Source of the DNA: an uncultured Anaerolineaceae bacterium
Lineage (GTDB): Bacteria > Chloroflexota > Anaerolineae > Anaerolineales > UBA4823
Direction: 5' to 3'
Assembly (NCBI GenBank): GCA_964385625.1
Contig: CAYLPS010000010.1
Coordinates: forward strand, 31-64,030
Length of the DNA stretch: 64,000 nt
The notes under the pieces were generated by a model. The model saw nothing but the letters and a program-made list of their open reading frames with translations. It did no database searches and was not told where the DNA came from. A program made the translations under genes and the position numbers. Each line of letters begins with the position of its first letter. Within the stretch, counting starts at the first letter, position 1. This document shows, piece by piece, positions 56,534 through 64,000 of this stretch.

Positions 56534-57616
56534 ATGAAATTAAAAAAAACCATCCTACTTAGCATCTCAGTTTTATTTTCTCTCATGCTGTCTGCATGCA
56601 GCAGCACAATTTACGCTTCAACGGGCTGGCAGGGGTTAACAGCAAATCCCGATGCAAGCACAGCCTACCTGGCCGCTGGTTCACAGGTATATGCGGTGGA
56701 TGTGAATACCGGCTCCGAAAAATGGCGCTATCCCCAATCGGCCAACTCGAGGATTAACTTCTATGCCAACCCGGTATTAACCCTTGACGGGCAACAATTG
56801 CTGGTTGCCAGCTATGACAGCTATCTTTACAGCATTGACCCCTCGACTGGCACCCAAAAATGGTCTTATAAAACATCGAACCGGCTGATCGCTGCGCCAC
56901 TTGTAACCCAGGATATGATTTACCAGCCGTCATCGGATCATTCTATTTATGCACTCAACCTTTCAGGCACACTGGTATGGAAGGCAAAAACCGGTGCCCC
57001 GATATGGGCCACACCCACCGTAACCCCAGATTGTGGTTGTGTTTACGTGCCTTCAATGGACCATTACATCTATAAATACAATGCAGCCGATGGCACATTG
57101 CTCGTGAAAAGTGAAAATCTCGGAGGCGCCGTAGTGGGCACGCCCGCCATCGGCACTGATGGAACCCTGTACGTAGGCACTTTCAATAAGGAGATGCTGG
57201 CACTAGATCCCACAAATCTTTCAATCAAGCTGCGCTATTCGACCCAGGATTGGGTGTGGGGCGGTCCAGCTTTGTATAATGATGTTATCTACTTCGGTGA
57301 CCTATCCAGCTCCTTCTATGCCTTGAAAACAGCGGACCTGACTGCAAACTGGCGCATCCAGGCAAATCATTCCATCGTGTCAACACCGGCAGTCAGCGGA
57401 GAAAACATCTACTTCGCCACTGAATCCGATACGATTTATATCGTCAGCACCACAGGCAGCGTTGTGAATCAGAAAGTCATTGGCGGCGTGGTATACTCAT
57501 CGCCGGTCATCGCCGGTAATACCTTACTGGTGGCACCCACCGGCAATTCATCCCCACTGGTTGCGTTGAGCCTGGACGGGAATACCCAAAAGTGGCTATT
57601 CACACCATCCAAATAG
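56534..57616 (+). CDS. PQQ-like beta-propeller repeat lipoprotein (BamB-like fold)
   Basis: Signal peptide with lipobox LSAC|S. Repeated ...Y(A/S)(L/V)D..TG..KW.. blades. Confidence 0.8.
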   Translation: MKLKKTILLSISVLFSLMLSACSSTIYASTGWQGLTANPDASTAYLAAGSQVYAVDVNTGSEKWRYPQSANSRINFYANPVLTLDGQQLLVASYDSYLYSIDPSTGTQKWSYKTSNRLIAAPLVTQDMIYQPSSDHSIYALNLSGTLVWKAKTGAPIWATPTVTPDCGCVYVPSMDHYIYKYNAADGTLLVKSENLGGAVVGTPAIGTDGTLYVGTFNKEMLALDPTNLSIKLRYSTQDWVWGGPALYNDVIYFGDLSSSFYALKTADLTANWRIQANHSIVSTPAVSGENIYFATESDTIYIVSTTGSVVNQKVIGGVVYSSPVIAGNTLLVAPTGNSSPLVALSLDGNTQKWLFTPSK

Positions 57617-57644
57617 ACGGATCGAGATACGGAGATAGACTTTT

Positions 57645-58433
57645 ATGAACATTTGGAACACAATCATATTAGGCCCGATGGTGAATATCCTGATCTGGAT
57701 ATATAACCTTGTATTCCATAATTTCGGGATAGCGATCGTGATATTTACCATCATCATCCGCCTGATCACCTACCCACTCACCGCCCAACAGCTTAAAAGC
57801 ACCAAGAGGATGCAAGAGCTGACCAGCTCGAAGAAATACCAAGAGATCCAGAAAAAATACAAGGATGATCGTGAGAAATTAGCCCAAGAACAGATGAAGC
57901 TCTACCAGGAGCTGGGGATTAACCCATTTAGCTCCTGTTTGCCGACCATCATCCAATTCCCCATCATGATTGGTTTGTACCAGGCGATCAGCCTGGCAAT
58001 GGCTTCGGCACCGATCCAACTGCTCAATCTCAGCCAAAATTTATACACTTTCATTCCTGCAGCCGCGCTGATCCCGCTGAACAGTAAATTCTTATGGATG
58101 AACCTGGGCCTACCCGAGATAGCTACGCCATTGATCTCGATCGGCACTTTTGCTATCCCCATCCTCACCATCCTAGTCGTCTTGACCACCTGGCTGCAAT
58201 CCAAACTGATGACCCCACCCTCCACCACTCCAGGAGACCAGGGTGCCGCAATGTCGAACATGATGACGCTCAGCATGCCGGTCCTGATGGGTTTCATTGC
58301 CTATTCACTATCATCAGGTTTAGCTTTATACTTTATTATCAGCAATATTCTGGGTATCGCACAATATGCCCTCATGGGCAACGTCCATTGGAGTAACTTG
58401 CTACCCAAGCGCAAGGTGGCTAAAGCGAAGTAA
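57645..58433 (+). CDS. yidC: membrane protein insertase YidC (short, monoderm type)
   Basis: GIAIVIFTIIIRLITYPLT..Q, MQELQP-like region, NPFSSCLPTIIQFPI, and SGLALYFIISN. Confidence 0.9.
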   Translation: MNIWNTIILGPMVNILIWIYNLVFHNFGIAIVIFTIIIRLITYPLTAQQLKSTKRMQELTSSKKYQEIQKKYKDDREKLAQEQMKLYQELGINPFSSCLPTIIQFPIMIGLYQAISLAMASAPIQLLNLSQNLYTFIPAAALIPLNSKFLWMNLGLPEIATPLISIGTFAIPILTILVVLTTWLQSKLMTPPSTTPGDQGAAMSNMMTLSMPVLMGFIAYSLSSGLALYFIISNILGIAQYALMGNVHWSNLLPKRKVAKAK

Positions 58434-58471
58434 TCGTTCGTTAAGGGGTTGTTATCAACAGGAAGATAATC

Positions 58472-59248
58472 ATGAATTCACAACATGCGACCATTGAAAT
58501 AATTGCACCAACAATAAATGAAGCGATTGAAAAGGGACTAGCCGAGCTTGAATTAACGCGTGAGGCGGTTGATATTGAAATTTTAGATGAAGGCAGCAAG
58601 GGGCTATTTGGGTTAGGGTCGCATCAAGCCCGCGTACGACTGATCGTCAAGCAGAATGCGTCTGCAGACAACGTCGCTGAACGAGTCAGGTTGGATTCTG
58701 ATACTGCCTACCCGGAAAGCAACGAACAGGAAGAGTTCGCCAAGCCTGTGCGCATCCCTCCTGCCAACACGAAGGAAGAGATCCAGCTGCACGTTGCCCA
58801 GGAAACGGTGAGCGAGTTGTTGAGGAAAATGCAAGTACAGGCGCAGGTCGAAGCATCTTATAGTGAAGTTGACGAGGTGAGAGGCAAGCGCGCCATCCTG
58901 GTGGATATTACCGGAAAAGATCTCAGCGTACTCATCGGCAAACGCTCAGAAACACTAAACGCATTGCAATACATCTCTCGTTTAATCGTATGCAAAGAGC
59001 TGGGGGAGAATGTCTCTGTGGTCCTGGATGTGGAAGGTTACCGGACGCGCCGTGAACGCCAGTTACGCCAGCTTGCCCACCGTATGGCCGAGCAGGCGGT
59101 AAAAACCGGCCGCAAGCAGACCCTCGAGCCCATGCCTCCTAATGAGCGCCGCATCATCCACATGGAGCTTAAAGAGGATGAACACGTGACCACGGAGAGC
59201 TTTGGAGAAGAACCCCATCGAAAAGTGACCATCATTCCAAAAGAGTGA
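58472..59248 (+). CDS. jag: Jag/EloR-like RNA-binding protein (Jag_N, KH, R3H)
   Basis: N-terminal Jag_N (IEKGLAELELTREAVDIEILDEGSKG), KH domain (GKRSETLNALQYI), and R3H (LEPMPPNERRIIHMEL). Confidence 0.85.
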   Translation: MNSQHATIEIIAPTINEAIEKGLAELELTREAVDIEILDEGSKGLFGLGSHQARVRLIVKQNASADNVAERVRLDSDTAYPESNEQEEFAKPVRIPPANTKEEIQLHVAQETVSELLRKMQVQAQVEASYSEVDEVRGKRAILVDITGKDLSVLIGKRSETLNALQYISRLIVCKELGENVSVVLDVEGYRTRRERQLRQLAHRMAEQAVKTGRKQTLEPMPPNERRIIHMELKEDEHVTTESFGEEPHRKVTIIPKE

Positions 59249-59262
59249 TCAGCGATTATCGA

Positions 59263-59297
59263 AGAGGCTGCATCTCTAAAAAGCAGCCTCTTTTTTA
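59263..59297 (+). terminator. rho-independent terminator after jag
   Basis: AGAGGCTGC-11 nt-GCAGCCTCT followed by TTTTTT. Confidence 0.75.
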
Positions 59298-59316
59298 TTT
59301 CAGGTATAATCTATCC

Positions 59317-60165
59317 ATGTTCAGTATTACCCCGCTTGAACCGATTAATTATCTCATCATCGGCCACTTAACCTATGATATCACGACATCAGGTCCACGA
59401 ATCGGCGGGACAGCCGCTTATGCTGGCTTGACTGCCCATGCACTGGGCCTGAAAGTCGGAATTGTCACCTCCTGGGGAGCAGAACTGCACCTGGATAACC
59501 TCAACCAGATCCCTATCATCAATTACCCGGTAGAACATTCCACCACATTTGAGAACATCTATTCGGCTAAAGGCCGCGTACAGGTGGTGCACACGGTGGC
59601 TCCCCGGTTAAACTACCACATGATCCCTGAGCCCTGGCGTGAGGCGCCAATCGTCCACCTTGGCCCGGTAGCCCAGGAGGTAGAGCCGGGTTTGGTGAGG
59701 TATTTCTCCAATGCACTGGTGGGGGTCACTCCCCAAGGCTGGCTGCGTGAGTGGAATGGACAGGGACATGTGCACTACACCGACTGGCCCGAAGCATCAT
59801 TTATATTGCAAAACTCAGGCGCAGCCGTGTTGAGCATCGAAGATGTGCTGAACGATGAATCACGGGTAGAAGAGATGGCCTCCGCTTCTCGAATCCTGGT
59901 TATTACTGAAGGGGAAGCCGGCGCGCGTGTATATTGGAATGGCGATGTGAGACGCTTCAGGCCTCCCAAGGAAGTGGAAATTGATTCCACCGGGGCAGGT
60001 GATATCTTCGCTGCGGCTTTCTTCACCCGCCTGTACATTACACGAGATCCGTGGGAATCGGCGCGTTTTGCTAATCAAATTGCAGCCACCTCGGTCACAC
60101 GCTGTGGGTTGGACGGCATACCGACCACGGAAGAAATACAAGAGCACCTAATCGAGGTACTTTAA
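59317..60165 (+). CDS. PfkB-family carbohydrate/nucleoside kinase
   Basis: DSTGAGDIFAAAFF PfkB signature. The ATG at 59317 is preferred because the longer ORF-track start would read through the jag terminator. Confidence 0.75.
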   Translation: MFSITPLEPINYLIIGHLTYDITTSGPRIGGTAAYAGLTAHALGLKVGIVTSWGAELHLDNLNQIPIINYPVEHSTTFENIYSAKGRVQVVHTVAPRLNYHMIPEPWREAPIVHLGPVAQEVEPGLVRYFSNALVGVTPQGWLREWNGQGHVHYTDWPEASFILQNSGAAVLSIEDVLNDESRVEEMASASRILVITEGEAGARVYWNGDVRRFRPPKEVEIDSTGAGDIFAAAFFTRLYITRDPWESARFANQIAATSVTRCGLDGIPTTEEIQEHLIEVL

Positions 60166-60974
60166 TGGGGCGCATCTACACGATTGCCAACCAGAAGGGC
60201 GGCGTTGGGAAAACCACCACAGCGGTCAACCTGGCAGCGTTCATGACTTCCTTCGGACAACGCGTTTTGCTCGTTGACCTGGACCCCCAGGCAAATGCTA
60301 CCTCATGCCTTGGAATTGATAAAAAGATGGTCCATAACAGCGTTTATGAGGTGATTATCGGTAGCGCTCCGGCACTGAAGAACATCCTGTACAACCCGCG
60401 CTTAAAACTTTCCTTGCTGCCCTCTTCGCCTGCACTGGCCGGCGCTGAAGTGGAGCTGGTTTCGGTGATTGCCCGTGAGACCAGGTTGAGGGAAGCCCTC
60501 CACCCAATCATCAACCGCTATGACTATATCCTGGTGGATTGCCCTCCTTCTCTGGGCCTGTTAACCTTGAATGGTGTGGTAGCTGCGCAAGATGGGGTGA
60601 TCATACCCGTTCAATGCGAATATCTGGCATTGGAAGGTATCGGCCAGCTCAACCAAACCTTATCCCGCATCCGTAACGCCCTTTTTCCCAGCCTACGCGT
60701 GAGGGGCGTCATCCTGACCATGTTCGATGTTCGCACCAGGCTGAGCGCAGATGTGGTGCGTGAGATTAACCGCCACTTTCCCGACCTGGTATTTGCAACC
60801 ATCATCCCTCGCTCGGTGCGCCTAGCAGAAGCACCATCTTATGGCCAGCCTATCTCTGTATATGCCCCTGGCTCCACTGGCGCCATCGCTTATTCCAACC
60901 TGGCTCGAGAGATCCTCATGGGTGATGGTATCTTGATTCCAGAAACCGTTCAAACTACAGTGAGTGCAGAATGA
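60165..60974 (+). CDS. parA: chromosome partitioning ATPase ParA/Soj
   Basis: IANQKGGVGKTTTAVNLA deviant Walker A, LVDLDPQANAT, and DYILVDCPPSL. Confidence 0.92.
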   Translation: MGRIYTIANQKGGVGKTTTAVNLAAFMTSFGQRVLLVDLDPQANATSCLGIDKKMVHNSVYEVIIGSAPALKNILYNPRLKLSLLPSSPALAGAEVELVSVIARETRLREALHPIINRYDYILVDCPPSLGLLTLNGVVAAQDGVIIPVQCEYLALEGIGQLNQTLSRIRNALFPSLRVRGVILTMFDVRTRLSADVVREINRHFPDLVFATIIPRSVRLAEAPSYGQPISVYAPGSTGAIAYSNLAREILMGDGILIPETVQTTVSAE

Positions 60975-61849
60975 CAAAAAAAAGTGGCCTTGGCCGAGGG
61001 CTTGATGCCCTCATCCCTGAGGGAGAATTCGCTCCCGAAATACCTGCTACCATTCAAAGCCGCGGTTATGAGAGTATTCCCATTGGTGATATCCAGCGCA
61101 ACCCACGCCAGCCACGCTCGCAGATGGACCAGGAAGAGCTGGCTGAATTGGCGGCCTCGATTCGTGAGCACGGTATCTTACAGCCCCTGATTGTGAGCCC
61201 ATCTGATGAGGGTGAGAAATACCTGCTCATCGCCGGCGAGCGCCGGTTGATTGCTGCCGGCCTCGCCGGGTTGGATGCTGTACCGGTGATCATACGCGAA
61301 GCTACGGAACAAATCCGCCTGGAATTAGCCTTGATCGAGAATGTCCAGCGCACCAACCTGACGCCTCTGGAAGCAGCTGAAGCCTACCGGCAGCTAGCCG
61401 ATGATTTTAACCTGTCGCATGAGCAGATCGCCCAACAACTGGGCAAAAGCCGGGTGGCCATCAGCAACACCCTGCGTTTGCTCAACCTGCCGGACGATGT
61501 CCGCCAGGCACTGGCAAATGGAGCAATATCCGAAGGGCATGCGCGAGCTTTGCTGGGCCTGCCGAATGCCCAGGCGCAATCAGCTGTCTTACAAACCGTC
61601 ATCAAGCACGAGCTGAACGTGCGTAAAACAGAGGAGCTGGTGCGGAAGTTCCAAGGCCAGAGGCCAGTTACAGATACCAAGCCTGCCCCCAAGCCCGACC
61701 TGACTTACCTGGAAGAACGCTTACGGGACAGGCTGGGAACACGCGTCAGCCTGCACCCCCGCAAGAATGGCGGCACCCTGGTGATCCACTATTATTCTGA
61801 AGAAGAGCTGGATGCACTGGTGCTGCGCATCCTTGGCCAGAACGAATAA
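60971..61849 (+). CDS. parB: chromosome partitioning protein ParB/Spo0J
   Basis: GLGRGLDALI, NPRQPR, GILQPLIV, IAGERR, LIENVQR, and an HTH (SHEQIAQQLGKSRVAISNTLRLL). Confidence 0.92.
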   Translation: MTKKSGLGRGLDALIPEGEFAPEIPATIQSRGYESIPIGDIQRNPRQPRSQMDQEELAELAASIREHGILQPLIVSPSDEGEKYLLIAGERRLIAAGLAGLDAVPVIIREATEQIRLELALIENVQRTNLTPLEAAEAYRQLADDFNLSHEQIAQQLGKSRVAISNTLRLLNLPDDVRQALANGAISEGHARALLGLPNAQAQSAVLQTVIKHELNVRKTEELVRKFQGQRPVTDTKPAPKPDLTYLEERLRDRLGTRVSLHPRKNGGTLVIHYYSEEELDALVLRILGQNE

Positions 61850-61858
61850 ATCCTGAAG

Positions 61859-63454
61859 ATGCTGACCATCTACAATGCACGTATCCATACATTGGATGGG
61901 CTTCATCCAATCGCTACAGCCGTTGCCATAGACCAGGGCAGGGTGATACAAACCGGCAGTGATGATGACATACTGGCAAACTTCAGCGCTGCAAAGACAG
62001 TAGATGCCAATGGCCACTCGATCATCCCGGGGCTTACCGACGCTCACATCCACATGGAAGCGTATGCCCTGTCTTTACAGAAAGTGGATTGCGAAACCTC
62101 CACCCTCCAGGAATGCCTGCAAAGGGTATCGAGGCGGGTTGGCACGGCACAAGCGGGGGAATGGATCCTGGGCCATGGATGGAACCAAAACAGCTGGCCC
62201 GAGGGATACGGCAACGCAAGTATGCTGGACGAAATTGCACCACATAACCCGGTATTCCTGACCCACAAATCATTGCACTCAGCCTGGGTGAACTCAATGG
62301 CCCTGCACACTGCCGGCATCCGGTGCGATACTGCTGATCCTGGTGGAGGGAGAATTGGACGCTTGCCTGGTGGCGAGCCCGATGGCATCCTTTTCGAATC
62401 AGCCATGGAATTGCTGGAAAACGCCATACCATCTCCTGACCTGGAACAGGTGACCAGGGCGCTTGAAGCTGCCATCCAGCAGCTCTGGCAAATGGGGCTG
62501 ACAGGGGTGCATGATTTTGACCACAAGCGTTGCTTTTCGGCGCTGCAGCAACTCCACCAAGAAGGCAAGCTGCATCTCCGGGTATTAAAAGGCATCCACA
62601 GGGAAGATCTGCCTCATGCGATTGAGCTGGGCTTACGCTCAGGTTTTGGCGACGATATGCTGCGTATTGGCCCGCTCAAATTATTCGCTGATGGCGCATT
62701 AGGACCGCACACCGCCGCAATGCTCGAGCCATACGAGGATGATCCCCATAACCTGGGCATGCTGAACATGGATGAACAAGAATTGGTTACGCAAGGACGG
62801 ATGGCGGTGGAAAATGGCATCAGCATGGCCGTGCATGCCATCGGCGACCTGGCCAACCGCGCCATTCTTAATGCCTATGCGCAACTAAGGGAATATGAGC
62901 ATTCCTCGGCCATCACCAATCAGCGATTGCTGCGCCATCGTATCGAGCACGTCCAGGTCATCCAGCCTGCCGACATCCCAAAATTCACCCAGCACAACAT
63001 TATCGCTTCCATGCAACCCATCCATGCCACATCGGATATGCACATGGCTGACCAGTATTGGGGAGAGCGCGCCGCTTATGCTTATGCGTGGAGGAGCATT
63101 TCAGACCACCAAATCCCGCTCATCTTTGGCTCGGATGCGCCGGTGGAATCTCCCAACCCGTTCAAGGGCATCCACGCGGCAGTTACCCGCCGGCGGGCAG
63201 ATGGCTCCCCCTCCCCACAGGGCTGGCATCCTGAGCAGCGGTTAACCGTCGATGAGGCAATCCACGCTTATACCACCGCACCGGCATATGCATCGGGCAT
63301 GCAGGAACGGTCAGGCATGCTGGCTCCCGGGTGCCTGGCAGACCTGTTGATCCTGGATAAAGACCCTTACAGTTGTCAGGCAGAAGAAATCCTGGACATC
63401 CGACCCGTTGCCACCATGGTCGCCGGAGAGTGGGTTTTCACACAGCTTGAATAA
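61859..63454 (+). CDS. amidohydrolase-family metal-dependent hydrolase (YtcJ-like)
   Basis: PGLTDAHIHM, HAIGD, IEHVQ, and GSDAPVE metal-ligand motifs. Confidence 0.85.
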   Translation: MLTIYNARIHTLDGLHPIATAVAIDQGRVIQTGSDDDILANFSAAKTVDANGHSIIPGLTDAHIHMEAYALSLQKVDCETSTLQECLQRVSRRVGTAQAGEWILGHGWNQNSWPEGYGNASMLDEIAPHNPVFLTHKSLHSAWVNSMALHTAGIRCDTADPGGGRIGRLPGGEPDGILFESAMELLENAIPSPDLEQVTRALEAAIQQLWQMGLTGVHDFDHKRCFSALQQLHQEGKLHLRVLKGIHREDLPHAIELGLRSGFGDDMLRIGPLKLFADGALGPHTAAMLEPYEDDPHNLGMLNMDEQELVTQGRMAVENGISMAVHAIGDLANRAILNAYAQLREYEHSSAITNQRLLRHRIEHVQVIQPADIPKFTQHNIIASMQPIHATSDMHMADQYWGERAAYAYAWRSISDHQIPLIFGSDAPVESPNPFKGIHAAVTRRRADGSPSPQGWHPEQRLTVDEAIHAYTTAPAYASGMQERSGMLAPGCLADLLILDKDPYSCQAEEILDIRPVATMVAGEWVFTQLE

Positions 63455-63482
63455 AAACGCCGGAAATCATCCGGCGTTTTTT
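63453..63482. terminator. bidirectional rho-independent terminator
   Basis: AAAAACGCCGGA-aatca-TCCGGCGTTTTTT sits between the convergent amidohydrolase and sortase genes. Confidence 0.8.
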
Positions 63483-63504
63483 ACCAGTTATAAGTCAGAA
63501 ATTC

Positions 63505-64000
63505 TCAGGGAATCATGCCGATGGCAATCGGTTCCGTGCGCACCAGGTCAGCGACCACCACCAGGCGATTCAGGTACAGGTGGTTTTCCTCATCCCAATC
63601 CACACATGTAATCAAGGAAATTTGTGCGTCATCCGTGGGTGAAACCACTGACAGGTCGCCAGCATCGCTGACTAAACTCTCACGCACCTGGTAGGTATAA
63701 ATATTCTGCTCGGTATACAAGAGCACCAATTCACCTGTGGGTAATTCACCCAGGTGGCGGAATGGACCATCACCCAACCCAGCTACGGTTACATGACCGG
63801 TTAAAGCGGTATTGCTTCCCAACCCTGGCCAGGAGGTATTACCCATCCAGGCAATTTCCTGGCGAAGACCCTCAATCAGCCAGGTAAACCCATCGAATGG
63901 CACATATTTAACCACCGTATCGAGCATCAGAGCCGGGATCACGATGCGGGTGATGGCACTGGTATCCGGCTCAGGCTCACCAGGCTGGGGGGTTATGGTG
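63505..64000 (-). CDS. sortase family transpeptidase (5' end beyond window)
   Basis: Catalytic triad context LTGHV, ISLITC and NRLVVVA. I checked that the frame stays open from 63943 to the window edge. Confidence 0.8.
   Translation of the reverse strand, partial: TITPQPGEPEPDTSAITRIVIPALMLDTVVKYVPFDGFTWLIEGLRQEIAWMGNTSWPGLGSNTALTGHVTVAGLGDGPFRHLGELPTGELVLLYTEQNIYTYQVRESLVSDAGDLSVVSPTDDAQISLITCVDWDEENHLYLNRLVVVADLVRTEPIAIGMIP

Noticed and set aside
55552-61849. A replication origin (oriC), because of the rpmH-rnpA-yidD-yidC-jag...parA-parB cluster.
   Set aside because: No dnaA or dnaN gene lies in the window. I could find no cluster of TTATCCACA-like DnaA boxes and no clear parS (TGTTNCACGTGAAACA) by eye. 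The region is probably origin-proximal, but oriC itself is not demonstrable here.

Overview
This is a densely coding, moderately GC-rich bacterial chromosomal window with about 60 protein genes on both strands. I recognised no rRNA, tRNA, CRISPR array, transposase or prophage.

Most of the content is housekeeping:
- Lipoate ligase-like gene, DUF503 and an SDR.
- cca, hpt and tdk.
- rpmE, rpmA and rplU.
- A four-subunit 2-oxoacid:ferredoxin oxidoreductase (korDABC-like).
- ppdK, mutS, an orphan sugar-type ABC ATPase and gpmA.
- mscL, alaS, ruvX and mltG.
- lon, folC, tilS, a sirtuin and mutL.
- A CtpA-like protease.
- The origin-proximal-type cluster rpmH-rnpA-yidD-(propeller lipoprotein)-yidC-jag-(PfkB kinase)-parA-parB, followed by an amidohydrolase and a 5'-partial sortase at the right edge.

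Gene content suggests a monoderm-type organism, possibly Chloroflexota-like. The clues are the sortase, a short YidC, DUF503, a REC-CpaE/TadZ-like ATPase and GTAGGGGCG-type palindromes. This is a guess I cannot verify.

Signals not explained by ordinary annotation:
1. Two ORF-poor, hairpin-rich intergenic loci (about 17.2-18.1 kb and 41.7-42.9 kb) carry the same 58-bp promoter-like core (51/58 identical) in inverted orientation. Short shared blocks follow in the same order. Operator-like palindromes overlap the promoter. This looks like a paralogous regulated non-coding element, or a mobile or rearrangement relic.
2. Next to the second locus is a tyrosine-recombinase-fold gene with no Tyr in its last 60 residues and degenerate catalytic boxes. 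A probably truncated ORF lies beside it.
3. A five-gene same-strand cluster encodes two soluble histidine kinases, one OmpR-type regulator, a double-HTH XRE protein and a TPR protein. One kinase carries a zinc ribbon plus an MshEN/T2SSE_N-like tandem motif. The cluster is divergent from a pseudo-receiver.
4. Several unusual architectures: L31 fused to an RpoA-alphaCTD-like domain, a REC-degenerate-ParA gene overlapping a sirtuin gene, and a membrane-anchored baseplate-J-like protein between alaS and ruvX.

All functional calls come from by-eye motif recognition in the supplied translations. No database search was run.
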